From Octopus sinensis (lineage: Eukaryota), in NCBI RefSeq assembly GCF_006345805.1, contig NW_021837032.1, forward strand, positions 5,171 through 69,170: a DNA stretch of 64,000 nt. Direction: 5' to 3'. Both the position numbers and the translations under genes were made by a program. This document shows, piece by piece, positions 11,765 through 26,408 of this stretch. The notes under the pieces are model-generated. The model had not been told where the DNA came from, did not search any database, and was given only the letters and a program-made list of their open reading frames with translations. Positions within the stretch are counted from its first letter, which is position 1; every line of letters begins with the position of its first letter.

Positions 11765-12890
11765 ATAATTTCAAATTTTGCCACAAGGGCAATAATTTGG
11801 GGGGAGGGGACAAGTCGATTACATGGACCCCAGTGTTCAACTGGTACTTATTTTATTGACCTCGAAAGGATGAAAGGCAAAGTCGACCTGGACGGAATTT
11901 GAACTCAGAACGTAGCGACGGGCGAAATACCGCATGTCGTCCAGCGTGCTAACGACTCTTCTACCCAAGGCACAAGGCCCGAAATTTTGGGAGGAGGGGC
12001 GTGTTAATGTTTCTCTTTTTCTTTCTTTTTTTCTTTATTGACCACAAGGGGCTAAAGATAGAGGGGCAAACAAGGACAGACAAACGGATTAAGTCGATTA
12101 TATCGACCCCAGTGCCTAACTGGTACTTAATTTATCGACCCCGAAAGGATGAAGCGCGAAGTCGACCTCGGCAGAATTTGAACTCAGAACGTAGCAGCAG
12201 ACGAAATACCGCTAAGCACTTCGCCCGGCGTGCTAACGATTCTGCCAGCTCGCCGGAATGGTAATAGCTTCTCACATCAACACAACATATCCATATTTGA
12301 TAGAATGAAATAGACAAAGAGAGGTAATACATTTTCGTCGAACTTACGACGCCAATATTCTTTTCTACTCTAGGCACAAGGCCCGAAATTTTGGGAGGGG
12401 GAGCCAGTCTATTATATCGACCCCAGTATACAACTGGTACTTAATCTATCGACCCCGAAAGGATGAAAGGTAAAGTCGACCTCGGCAGAATACGACGCCA
12501 ATATTTCACTAACGCAAAGGCGACAAGCCAGCAGAAACGTTAGCACGCCGGGCGAAGTCCTTAGCGGTATTTCGTCTGCCGCTACGTTCTAAGTTCAAAT
12601 TTCGCCGAGGTCGACTTTGCCTTTCATCCTTTCGGGGTCGATTAAATAAGTACCAGTTACGCACTGGGGCCGATATAATCGACTTAATCTGTTTGTCTGT
12701 CCTTGTTTGTCCTCTCTGTGTTTAGCTCCTAGTGGGTAGTAAAGAAATAGGTATTTTGTCTGCCACTACGTTCTGAGTTCAAATTCCGCCGTGGTCGACT
12801 TTGCCTTTCATCCTTTCGGGGTCGATAAATTAAGTACCAGTTACGCACTGGGGTCGATCTAATCGACTTTATTCCTTTGTCTGTCCTACA
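11765..12890. mobile_element. Cluster of SINE-A copies: minus-strand array 11765-12490 and plus-strand array 12520-12890
   Basis: Consensus SINE-A blocks repeated in both orientations. Confidence 0.85.
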
Positions 12891-13224
12891 GTTAATCACT
12901 TAACGAAAAATATATACACATACATATGTACATACATGAGTGAGTGAGAGAATGAGTGGGTGAGAGAATGAGAGGGTGAGTGAGAACATAAAAACAAGAC
13001 AGAAGATGTGGGATAGATTGACAATCAAAATTATTCGATTACGCTGGAAATATTGGAAGTGGTTTCAAAAACTCTTTTCGTTCGGAATGTTCAAGGAGAG
13101 CAAACAGGAAGCACAAGATGAAGAAAACATGAAAATAGATGAAAAGTGAAAAGTCCAAATGCAGGAGCGCACGTGAAAGATATACATCTATATATATGCA
13201 TGTATATATATATACGTATGTGTG

Positions 13225-13505
13225 GAGGCGCAATGGCCTAGTGGTTAGGGCAGCGGACTCGCGGTCGTAGGATCACGGTTTCGATTCCCAGACCGGGCGT
13301 TGTGAGTGTTTATTGAGCGGGGTGGTGATCCAGCAGGGGGTGGTGATCCCTGCTGTACTCTTTCACCACTCTTTCTCCCACTCTTTCTTCTGTTGGCCTG
13401 CTCGCTTAGCCAGCGGGGTGGCGTCATTCGAAGGCTAAAACAATGCGAACGCATTGTGACCAGCGATGTGTAACTACATCTGATGGACTGGTCGGTCACG
13501 TCATG
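13225..13505 (+). mobile_element. SINE family C, tail type 2
   Basis: Head and body followed by ttggcctgctcgcttagccagcggggtggc...ggtcggtcacg. The same tail occurs at 47490-47620. Confidence 0.85.
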
Positions 13506-13604
13506 GTGATGATGATGATGATATATACATATATATAAATATATATATATATACATATATATACATATGTATAAATATATATATATATATATATTCTTTT
13601 ACTT

Positions 13605-13975
13605 GTTTCAGTTATTTGACAGTGGCCATGCTGCAGCACCGCCTTTAGTCGAGCAAATCGACCCCAGGACTTATTCTATCGGTCTCTTTTGCCGAACCGC
13701 TAAGTTACGGGGACGTAAACACACCAGCATCGGTCGTCAAGCGATGTTGGTGGCGGGGGCCAAACACAGACACACAAACACACACACACATATATATACA
13801 TATATATATATACGACAGGCTTCTTTCAGTTTCCGTCTACCAAATCCACTCACAAGGCTTTGGTCAGCCCGAGGCTATAGTGGAAGACACTTGACCAAGG
13901 CGCCACTCAGTGGGACTGAACCCGGAACCATGTGGTTGGTTAGCAAGCTACTTACCACACAGCCACTCCTGCGCC
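13605..13975 (-). mobile_element. SINE family B
   Basis: Consensus match including the internal CA/TA array. Confidence 0.85.
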
Positions 13976-15114
<1,139 letters not shown>

Positions 15115-16994
15115 TATGTTTCTTTATTAGCCACACAGGGCTGCACACAGATAGAACAAATTACAAGGTAGAGCTTTTCTTTTGAAGGTTTAAAAAAAAA
15201 AAAAAAAAAAAAAAAAGGAAGGGGGAGTTTCGATCAAAAGGGATCGTAAAAGGAGAGAAAGAGGACAAAAAAAGGGGGGTTAAAAAAAAAAAAAAAAAAG
15301 GGGGAGAGGAAAAAAAAAAAAAAAAAATTGATCAATAGGGATCGTTATCACAGAAATGTCAATATGAAGTGTAAAGGGGAGGACAGGTGAGGTTTACCCG
15401 TGGAAAGAAAAGCCTACGGAAAAGACCACGGTAACCTCGGTCAATGAAGTCACATTTTATATTTCTTTTTTTTTTCTTTTTTTTTTTTTTTTTTGCAAAT
15501 AAGCAACTCTCTGTTTTCGATTTCTGGGTTCATAGGACTATGCTCAAGGTGGCTTCGTCATTCATACGTGCCATTCTTGCTAGATTCACCCCATCTTTTT
15601 TTAAAACATTCGCTAGACAAAACTTGCCTCTCTACTCTCACTTTCCTTTTCAAGTGGTACTTGAAGAAGTTGATGAGAGATTGACCAGAGAGGAAAGTGT
15701 TTGTCTCCAATCCTTTCAGACGCGTCCACCAGATACATTCCTTCGCCATAGCCACAAGGATGATGAAAATAGCTCTTCCTTCCCGTTTGAAGGAAGGAGG
15801 CGTAACAATATTGACGATAGACTCAGCTGATAAACCGACTCGTCCCACACGTGACAGCAGTTGTTCGACACAAGCCCACAGGTCGGAAATTGTTGGACAC
15901 TGAACGAGTGCGTGCAGAACGGTTTCGTCGCTCTAACCGCATCTCGGGCAGGTCGGCCCCGTGTTTCTCGAGCCGTGTCTGTAGAGCTTATCCCGAACGG
16001 GTAGCGCTTCTCGGTAGCACTGCCAGGCCAGGGATCTCTGGAAGTTGTCCATGGGCCCTGGCCCGAAAGTCGTCCCGAACAGGCGGGTCAGGTACTCCTC
16101 GTCGACGTCCAGGTTCGCCCCGAGCTCGTCGTCGTACCTCCCCTCCACTAAACCCCTATAGAATGCTTTGGTTGTGTTGAAGTCACTTAAGGTCGACCCA
16201 GGACGGCAGAGTTGCTTGAGAGCAACGCGACACTCGCGGTGCCATTCGCCCTTCCTCGGCCTCTTTTTGATCCACGACTGCAGTTTGGTCATGGAGACGA
16301 GCTGCGGGAAAGCGTGCCTCACAAACGGCGACCACACCTGTTCACCGTCGTCTACATAGAGCCAGAGATGTCGCAGTCTCAGCGCGTGTCTGCGCATCAT
16401 CAACCACGGCATGCCCAGCCCTCCTTTTAACGGGTGTTGACAGCAAATGGATCGCCTGACCATCGGGACGCATCCTTTCCACAAGAAGCGAAAGAGGATG
16501 CGTTGTAGTTTGGTGATGGTAGGGTCGGGACAAGGTACGACGGTCAGGCGATAGTAGATGACGGACGCGATGTACGTGTTCGCCTCCTCCGCTCGACCTT
16601 TTAGGGACAGTTTCCTCTCGGCCCATTGCCGGGCGAGAGTGACCACCCTACTCGTTATCTCGTTCCAGTTCTTCTCCACTTGGAGGTCCGGACCAAACCA
16701 GACCCCGAGCAACTCAACCGGGCAGTCGGTCCAGCGTCCCACGACGGAGGCGCTGGTGGACGGCATGGGCTTGCTTCTCCAGGTGACTAGTCGCAAGCCC
16801 ACTGACTTTTCCCGGTTGATTTTCGCTCCTGTCACCGCTTCGTAGTTTTTCAGTGTCTCGCCGACCAGCTCGATGTGCTCGTGGCTAGACACTATGACGG
16901 TGACGTCGTCCGCGTATGCAGACACGCTCGTCCCGCATCCCAATTCTCGCGGGATGCCCCTTAGAGTCGCCAGCTTCCGCAGTAGTGGCTCAAG
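15115..16994 (-). mobile_element. 5'-truncated Tx1-clade (L1 group) non-LTR retrotransposon: RT C-half, CCHC knuckle, 3'UTR
   Basis: EPLLRKL...SAYADDVTV...GAKINREKS...LKGGLGMP and CPRCG*SDETVLHALVQC (one nonsense codon at 15933-15935); the ORF continues to ~15558. The 3'UTR ends aataaagaaacata directly into (TCTA/TCTG)n. Confidence 0.92.
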
Positions 16995-17345
<351 letters not shown>

Positions 17346-17719
17346 CATGTCTGGCGAGCATTCTCTTTGATGTCTCGCTTATAATAAAACTTCCCAGATA
17401 AGGCTTCCGTCAGTTTAAATAGATCATATATTTAAGCTCTTGGCATATCGTTAACGTAACTACTTATGCATCTTAACAAATACAGGAAAATATTTTCACG
17501 GAGAAGCGCTCCACAGGAATATATAGTTGGGCGCAGGCTAGTGTATTTAATGAAGTGAGCTAAAAAGAATTTTTCGTCCATAGTATTTTGTACGCCATGT
17601 GTATATATATTTCCTTGTATACATACATACATACATACATACATGCATGCATGCATGTATGCATGCATACATACATACATACATACATACATAAATACAT
17701 ACATACATACATACATACG

Positions 17720-18546
17720 TAGAACAGGAACAGGAAATATCAACCAAGTACCTGATGCGCAGAAGGGACGCAGATGCAGGAAAAGCATAAAAATGCAATA
17801 ACCGGTGCAGACTTTGTGGAGTTTGCATAAGCAGTTGTCCGAAAATGTCATCAAGGTAGTATCTACTGATGAAACATGATGTTGTAGCTAGGACACTCTG
17901 TCGGAAGGATAATCCCGAGGACAAAGAAATAAGAACCCACAATATGGTAGAAGCCATAGCCACTCATAATAAAAAAGAATATTGGTTGAATGTACCAGTG
18001 AAAGCCTCAATAAAATGTAAGCGCAACAGACTTGATATTATTTGGGGTGGAAGAGAAACTGTGCACAGTTGGGGAAATTAACTGCCCAGAAGATCAGTGA
18101 AAAAGAGAACACCTATGCTGAACTATTGAGAAATTTGCAGTTACTCTATCCAGATTATAAGTTCAGGTTTATACCTGTAATTATTGGGGCTCTGGGATAT
18201 GTAACACACTACCTAAATATTAATCTTGAGAAATTAGGTTTCTCAAAACTAGCAGGAAGAAAGCTAATTCGAAAACTACAGATCCAATCTATCACTGGCA
18301 CTGTAAAAATCTGTAAAACTTCCCTGAAATTTATCATTTAAATATATATGAGAATACATACATAAAACAAAACATAAAAATCTGCATGTATACATACATA
18401 CATACATACATACATACATACATACATACATACATACAAAAATACCCTGTTGTTGATGTTGAACTTTCAATGAACGAACTTTGTATCTAGGTTAGAAACT
18501 GGCACTTTCTCTATTAGTAAGAAATCTTGAAATAATACTGAATAAT
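17720..18546 (+). mobile_element. 3' fragment of a second REL-endonuclease (R4-like) non-LTR element
   Basis: Remnants NRCRLCG..SSCPKMSSR..HDVVARTL and ENTYAELLRNLQLLYPDYKFRFIPVIIGALGYV...KLQIQSITGTVKICK (18042..18341). Terminates at TACTGAATAAT and is flanked by (CATA)n. Confidence 0.8.
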
Positions 18547-19171
18547 GACATACATACATGCTTGCATGCACACATTCACTTACATAAATATAAATAAATA
18601 CATACATACATATACACATACATACCACAGACACGAATACTTCTGATCGTTCGGAGGCTTTTATGCTATGTAGTTAGGTAAGGACAGATTTTAAATATAA
18701 CGAAATATAACTGATTCTCCTCTGGTTACAAAAGAATATCTTCTTTTCATTGGCCATTTAAGATCACGGGATGAAACTGGAAATTTAGTATCAACTGATA
18801 AATGAGAGGCAACATTTTATTCTGAGTAGAAGTAATCAATTTTGCTTTCTGTAGAATGTTCAGCGAAACTAAATTTTATTTAAAATGTATGAGATTAAAA
18901 TTGGTCAAAAGGAGTTCTGTTGGTGGCAGCAATATGACAGTTCAACAGTTCGGGCCTATTGCAATATTTGCAGTTTTTCACAGCTACATGGTCAGTAGAT
19001 GCAAGACGTAACGAGGAGTCTCGTTGGAAATATTCCAGGATATATTGAGCAACACCAGTTTCTCTCGTCCTTGGAGAGGAAAGAAGGCACATACTGAATA
19101 AACTTACATCTACAGTATATACATATAAATATATATGTATGTATGTGGTGTTTGCGTGTGCGTGTGTGTGT

Positions 19172-19210
<39 letters not shown>

Positions 19211-19739
19211 TGTGTGTGTGTGTATTTATGCATGTGTCATTAAGGAGACGACTGTGTTTGCATTTTATTATTTAGATTTTAGATTTTTTTCAAATTTTCT
19301 TGTCCGTTTTTGGTGGTTAGTTTCAAACAATGAAGTTCCTAGATTCTTAAGAAGGATAAACGATAGTGAAGGTGCTTTGTCTTGTTGCTAAGGATGTCAG
19401 GCTCACAATTATAAGGTTGTCAGTTCGACTTCTGGACTGGGAAGTGCGTTGAGTCCTTGACCAAGGCACATAATTTTATATTGCTTGAATCTACTCAGCT
19501 CAAATAAGTAGAGCTCCTTCTCTCACTCTCTCTATCTCTTTCTGTTTTTCTCTCTGTTTCTCTCTCTCCATTTACATTTCTTTCCAACAGCCTCATCTTC
19601 GATGATCCACTGAGACATTGACAGGGGGCGTGAAGGTGTCTATACCTACTCATTATTACACGGCAGTTAATTGACTAGTCCCCTCGCCCAAAATTTCTGG
19701 CTTTACGCCTTTAGTAAAAAGGATTATAACACGGCAGAA

Positions 19740-20190
19740 AAAAGGCGGCGACCTGGTACAATCGTTAGCACGGTGGACAAAATGCTTAGCGGCATTTCGT
19801 CCGTCTTTACATTTTGAGTTCAAATTCCACCGAGGTCGACTTTGCCTTTCATCTTTTCAGGGTCGATAAAATAAGCACCAGTTGTGTACCGGGGTCGATG
19901 TAATAGAGAGTCCCTTTCCCCAAAATTTCAGGCCTCGTTCCTTTAGTAAAAAGGATTATCAGATGGCAGAAAAAGGCGGCGTACTGATAGAGTAATTAGC
20001 AAGCCGAGCGTTCTGAGTTCAAATTCCGCAGAGGTCGACTACGCCTTTCATTCTTTCGGTGTCGATAAAATAAATATCTGTTCAGTACTCGAGTAATGTA
20101 ATCGTCTTAACCCCTCCCTAGAAATTGCTGGCCTTGTGCTAAAATTTGAAATCATTATTACATGGCAGAACAGATAACACGCCGTACAAA
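19740..20190 (+). mobile_element. SINE family A, two copies
   Basis: Consensus match. Confidence 0.8.
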
Positions 20191-20521
20191 ATGCTTGGCG
20201 GGGTTCATACTATGGACCAATGCTTATCTAATCACTAAATCACATTTCTTTGATATACCATTGGTTATAACGGGTTTGATGGGGAGCGGTGTGTATGTTG
20301 ATGCAGCTAGGTGAATAGGCCAGGGATATGGGTAGATACTAATGAAATGTATTAATTAAAAATAATTAATAGACTAGTGTTTCCCGAAATAATATTTTAA
20401 GATAGGATGTACTGAATGCCCTAAGCAAATGTTTTGATATGCTTATACTTTTTCTTATCTTTGGTAAAGCCAGAATATATATATATATATATCTGTAAAA
20501 TAATATGTGACCATTCGGTAG

Positions 20522-20589
20522 CCAAGATAAAACTCTGAGTTTCGGATGCCGAGGTGGAAATCCACACCACCATCTCTTCGGTTATCTGG
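20522..20589 (-). ncRNA. Type I hammerhead-ribozyme fold within a short Penelope-type repeat (partial second copy at 54495-54655)
   Basis: Minus strand reads CCAGATAA-CCGAAGA-GATG...CATC-C-GAAA-CTC-A-GAG-T-T-TTATCTTGG. Stems I, II and III can all pair; the core differs from CUGANGA at U4 (C). Confidence 0.6.
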
Positions 20590-20659
20590 ACATCTGAAAA
20601 TACCTCTATTTACATAATATTGAGGTCTCTTTCTTTCTTTTGTTATCTTACCGTTTTTA

Positions 20660-20693
<34 letters not shown>

Positions 20694-20895
20694 TGTATAC
20701 ATGTATGTATGTATGTATGAATGTATGTATATATGAATGTATATATATATGTATACATATGTATATATGTATATAAATGTATATATATAAGTATATACTC
20801 ATACATATATATATATATATAAATACACACACACATATATATGGTGTATGTACATATCTATGTATATATATGAGTACATATATATATATATATGA

Positions 20896-20939
<44 letters not shown>

Positions 20940-21039
20940 TATATGAAAAATTTGTTACGCTTCCATCATTAAACGAAGATACCCTTTGGGCTTCACTAAG
21001 CCGTCGATCAACCATACCAGTTCTCCCTTCTGTTTACCT

Positions 21040-21340
21040 TAAAGAACTACAGTATGCAATGAGGTGTTTTCTATGGGGCTGCAGGCGTATCAATGGCCGA
21101 AATTCGTGAAAGGGTTTCAGTAGAGAATGGAAACTGATTTGCCACTATGGACGAATGAACTGAAAAGTTCAAAAGTGATCGCACAGGTGTTGCGCACCTT
21201 GGGGCCGGACGCCTGGTTACATTCTGCGCTGCTGACACGATATTGAAGGAGTTTGTGACATGGTTGGATTGACTGTTGATGAAGTGGCACATAGTATGGA
21301 AATTAGACATAGGTTTTTTCTGCTTGTGAGTCTGTGAAAT
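21040..21340 (+). mobile_element. Decayed mariner transposase N-terminal fragment
   Basis: Remnant peptides [20 protein letters not shown] and LTVDEVAHSMEI across frameshifts. Confidence 0.6.
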
Positions 21341-22177
21341 CTTCTGCAATATAGTTGATCGTAGTTAACATAATCACAGGGACAAGTTAAGTGATGTTTC
21401 GTTTTCAAACTTGCGTTGTACTTACCTGAGAGGAGAGAGAGTGGAAAGAGAGAGGGAGGGAGACTGGGAGACTGACAGACAGATAGACAGAGATAGCAAA
21501 CTGTGATAGACAGGAGAAAGGAAGTGAGTGAGAGAAAGAGAGAGAGAGAGAGATTACCATCCAATGCGCTAGTGATACACACAACTAATTTCTCCGTCAG
21601 AAGACTTTATAAAAACATTACTGGAAGCGAGGTCGTTAACCGTCGCTACACTGCCTGTAAAAATATTTGTCAATCTTATGCATCCCTTCATAAACTGTTC
21701 AAAGTGAAAGGCTTTTTTTTAAAAGTCTCTGTTGCATTGTCTATACGTTGAAAAACACAGAAACACGCGTGTGCGCTTACAGCCAAAACAAAAATAACTA
21801 TATATATTATATATATATATACATATAGCCTTTTTTTAAGTCTGTCCTGTGTTGTGTTGTGTTGACAGATTTGCACTGAAAATTCCCGTGTTTTTAGTCA
21901 GAACTTGTTAGTAGAAAAATTACAAGAGCATTATTTGAAATTAGTGACTTGCCCTTGTAGATATACATTTATAGATAGATCAACAGACAGATCGACAGAC
22001 ATGATCGATAGATAGGTTGATAGATAGATAGGTAGATAGATATATAGATCGATAAGGTAGGATAGGATAGGATAGATAAGTAGTTATTCAAGATAGCATC
22101 ATTCACAAGATGCATTTCAGAAGGGGAAGCATAATCGAAATGCAATCGAAAATGGGAATGATTCATTCATCGATTAC

Positions 22178-22365
22178 CTGAAGCCATTTCCGCGGGTGTT
22201 TGGTGACGAAGCGAGGCTGCTATACCCACTGGCGCTATTTCCGGATCCGTTTCGAGAAATTGCGCATGGCGATGATGCCTTTCCGCTAAAACTGTTGCTA
22301 CGTTCGGGTGGAGAACCGGCTACTATTTGTTTGTGCGGGGAGTTTTTGCCTGAACTCGCCAGCAT
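22178..22365 (-). CDS. Coding exon 1 of DUSP-UBL/coiled-coil/BTB gene (Ser/Pro-rich disordered N-terminus, 62 codons + 2 nt)
   Basis: ORF 22174..22365 (MLASSGKNSPHKQIVAGSPPERSNSFSGKASSP...GNGF) lies in a unique CpG-rich island amid repeats. It ends at the donor CAG|GTAATC (exon end 22178, phase 2). AG plus the first C of the 11686 exon gives AGC in frame, reading ...GNGF-S-LASMSCSTV. Confidence 0.72.
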
Positions 22366-22472
22366 TTCCCGTCTGTGGTAGGACGTTGGTGGATGAAATT
22401 AATCCCTTTTCGGGGTCCTTTAAAGAGAATTTGGGGTTAAAGTATTTTAATGAAAAGCATATTTTTAACATA

Positions 22473-22548
<76 letters not shown>

Positions 22549-22793
22549 CATTATCATTTAAGTATTTATTTACTTACACGAGAATATATTTCTCATTCGT
22601 GGAATGAATAAACACTCCTTTTTAGGCCCTTTAAATGAAGATGAGTTCAAATTATATGTATACATGAATACGTGTATGTGTGTGTTTGTGTGTGAGTGTG
22701 TGTGCGTATGTGTGTGTGTAAGTATATATGTATGTCTATGTATATATATATATGTATATATATACATATATACTTATATATGTATATACAGTC

Positions 22794-22826
<33 letters not shown>

Positions 22827-22863
22827 TATATATACATATATAAATATGCATACATTCATATAT

Positions 22864-22895
<32 letters not shown>

Positions 22896-23316
22896 CATAT
22901 TCATACATATATGTATACATGAATGAATATATGTATGCATACTTAGAAAGAGAGGGATATAGATTAAGTGAAACTATATTAGGAAAACAGGATATGATTG
23001 CTAAATTAAGAAGCATAGTCAAGTCAAACATCGAATTGCCTAATAGAAAACTAATAGAAAGCAATAACAGTGCAATAACAAACAGAGAACACATGCATAA
23101 AAAAAAATTAGTAACTGCTTCGATGTTATAACGGAGACGTCTGATGAAAGCAATCTGACAAATGAAACGACGATAACCGTATAAGATGCTTTCTTAAGTG
23201 AGTATTAAGAAACCAGACGATAAAAATTACGTACAAACTCAAAAGGATATATCCGCTCAAATATGTATACAAACCTCTTCTGAAGCACTGAACAAAAGTA
23301 ATATAGCTGATTGCAA

Positions 23317-23402
<86 letters not shown>

Positions 23403-23403
23403 G

Positions 23404-23504
<101 letters not shown>

Positions 23505-23849
23505 GCCATAACTTTACACACAAACGAGTATGACATAATGGTATGTATTATACTTGTCGTAATGGTTGCGAACATATGTAATTGCGAGCAAACTTGTAGT
23601 TGCGAGCAAACATAGACACTCTTTTGGCTCTGCCACCCTTGACTCAGTGAAATATTGAGAACGTGACTGTAGGCAAGAGAGGCGGTTGTGGCAATGATCA
23701 GCTGGTACTCTTTTTCAGATTGATGCAACGATAAACGAGGTTCGCTTTTTAAGAACACAATTAGCTGCCCGGCATAGGAACTGAGGGTGCATTATGTATG
23801 TGCATACACCCCCCCAACACACACACACATACATATATATATAGTGAAT

Positions 23850-24055
23850 CCAAACATGAAAACACAAAGAGAAGACACAACAACGCGAGGACGTGGAACA
23901 AGTATAGTGTTATTGGACACTCAGGAAAGGAAAGAAAGAAGGAGGATTAACGTTTCGAGCAGAGCTCTTCGTCAGAAACATATGAAAAGGAAAGATCCAA
24001 GGAAGGGGAGACAGAGGAAAAAATCGCCAACGGTACACACGCGGTCACATTTTGA
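23850..24055 (-). mobile_element. Short Penelope-terminal-type repeat with minimal hammerhead core at 23945-23979; related copy at 24945-25125
   Basis: Minus strand TTT-CTGACGA-A-GAGC-tct-GCTC-GAAA-CG-TT. Sits beside a (TA)n array. Confidence 0.55.
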
Positions 24056-24066
24056 ATTTTATATAT

Positions 24067-24140
<74 letters not shown>

Positions 24141-24559
24141 ATATATATACATATATATATATCCTCCCAGTATTGTTTTATAATAAAATTATGACGCGAA
24201 ATTCTCTCCCTTTGCTTTACCTTCCCCTCTCTCTCTCACTCCTCCTCACTTTCGTCACTGCTAATCCTTTTGCACGTTGCTTTCAGGCCGTAAGGTCATG
24301 TTTCCCTGCGCTCGCCAGTACCTCTTCCGTCCGAGCCAGAACAAAGGCCTTTCGTTTGTTTTTTTTTATTTCTCGTATTGTATTTTTTCTCGTTTTGTAT
24401 TTTCTTGTACATGTATTTTTAATTTTGTTTTTTTATCTTGTATTTTATTGTGCAGCTCTATTGTTACGTCCCGTTTGTGTTACATTTTTTCGTGCTTGTT
24501 TTACCCCTCTGCGGGGTTATTTTATTTTAATTCTCTCGCAGGAAGGCCTAGTATTAACG

Positions 24560-24878
24560 AGTCGTGTCCTGTCTTGCCTTCGAAACACGCTAAGTCTACT
24601 AGTGACAGCTGATGAAGGGGATTTTTCCTTGTGTAGCATGTCCTGTACCTTGTTTTTCTGTTGTAAAACTTGTTTTTCCCGTTTTCGTTCTCGTCCTGTT
24701 CCACGTTTCTGTCTTTCTGTTGTAACAAAATGGCTTTTCCGTTTTCGTTTCTGTTGAGTTTTACGTCTTTTTGTGGTGTCCTGTACGTATATATATTTAT
24801 ATATGCATGTATATATACATGTAGATGTCGGTACGTACATATATGTTTGTATGTATGCATATATTTTATTTATTACAC

Positions 24879-24890
<12 letters not shown>
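24560..24890 (+). mobile_element. ~300-bp TA-associated repeat family; copies at 25815-26065 (+) and 33140-33425 (-)
   Basis: Shared ctgatgaagggga.../gtcctgtac.catat/gtaggtacgtacatatatg blocks in three copies. Confidence 0.65.
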
Positions 24891-24935
<45 letters not shown>

Positions 24936-25121
24936 ATATATATAGGGAGAGCAAACAATTAAAGAATAATGAATAAAAAGAAAAAAAAACCAAAATGAGG
25001 ACGTGAAAAAGAAATATATCAATTTGGCGCTCGCTGAAAGGAGAGAGTTGATAACGTTTCGAGCTCTTCGTTGGAAAGAGAAAATTCCAAAGACAAAGAA
25101 GGAAAAATAATGAAAAATCGC

Positions 25122-25199
<78 letters not shown>

Positions 25200-26062
25200 C
25201 GAAACAACCAACAAGAATATCTTCGGTAATTTGGTACGATCGTTTCACGCTACATCATTTTATTAAACATTGTAAGTATTACAACAGTTTTAAAATGTTG
25301 AGCAATCACCCCATGGATTTATATGAATAGCACCGTACTAAATTCTGATGCATCTGACTTAAGTACCATATTCCATTTGAATCTAAATTTTACTGAATAT
25401 ATATATATATATAGTTCACAAATGAGATCCAGAGATTCTCAGTATAGAAGACACTTAGCAGTGCTCAAAAGATTCCAACTTAGACTTACATGGGATCGAT
25501 TCCACAAGGTAAAGAATGGCTATAAGAGGGATCAAGTTGAGCAGATGTAAAGGCAAGTATGCGGTTAAACAAATTAAACACATCAAATATATTAAATATA
25601 TTAAATACATCAAACACAAAATATGTGCATATATACACATGCAAAACGAGAGAAAGCAAAAGGCGGAAACTTTCAGGTGATGAATTTGTATGTGTTACTA
25701 CAAAGATATTTATATTAATAAGTCCCTTTCGTATTACATATATGCATATACACATATTTTGCATTTTATGTATTTAACATATCTAAGATTTTTGATGTGT
25801 CTAATTTGTTTATCCGCATAATTGCCAGGGACAACTGATGAAGGGGAATATTCTTTATGTTGCATGTCTCGTTTCTCTGGGGTTTTTTTTCGTTGTTTGA
25901 AAAACAGTTCGTTTTCTATGTTTTCGTTTTTTGTTTTCGTTTCTCATTGCGTTAAACGTTTTTTTTTAATGTCCTGTACCCATATATTCATGTATATATA
26001 CATATATATGTAGGTATGTACATTTATGTATGTATATATGCATATATTTATATATTATTTAT

Positions 26063-26129
<67 letters not shown>

Positions 26130-26133
<4 letters not shown>

Positions 26134-26312
26134 AATGATAGATCGTTAGCCACTACACATCTTTTTCTCTCCTTGTCTTTTCTGTGTACCTTTCTGTAGA
26201 AGAGCGTAGGCTTGAAACATAAAAGACTTTTTTCTATTCCTGGGCGTTATACTAATACATCTGTTTGTTTTGTACACCACCTGTCTTCGTCTTTTGTTTT
26301 TTTCGTAAACTT

Positions 26313-26320
<8 letters not shown>
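26130..26320 (+). mobile_element. Short repeat with hammerhead-like core (26189-26226); inverted copy at 28095-28240
   Basis: CTTT-CTGTAGA-A-GAGC-gtag-GCTT-GAAA-CA-TA-AAAG. The 28.1-kb copy reads CTTT-CTGTGGA-A-GAGC-gtag-GCTC-GAAA-TG-TT-AAAG. Confidence 0.55.

Positions 26321-26408
<88 letters not shown>

Noticed and set aside
11687-11784. N-terminal MAKFEII... start of the 567-aa ORF
   Set aside because: It lies in a SINE-A tail and the polypyrimidine tract upstream of the acceptor.
23125-23185. CTGATGA...GAAAC hammerhead-like motif
   Set aside because: Stems I and II cannot be paired convincingly.
24570-24622. Permuted (type II) hammerhead in the ccttcGAAAC...CTGATGAaggg repeat family (also 33370-33425)
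   Set aside because: Core words are present but the stem I hairpin does not form in either copy, so it was kept only as a repeat.
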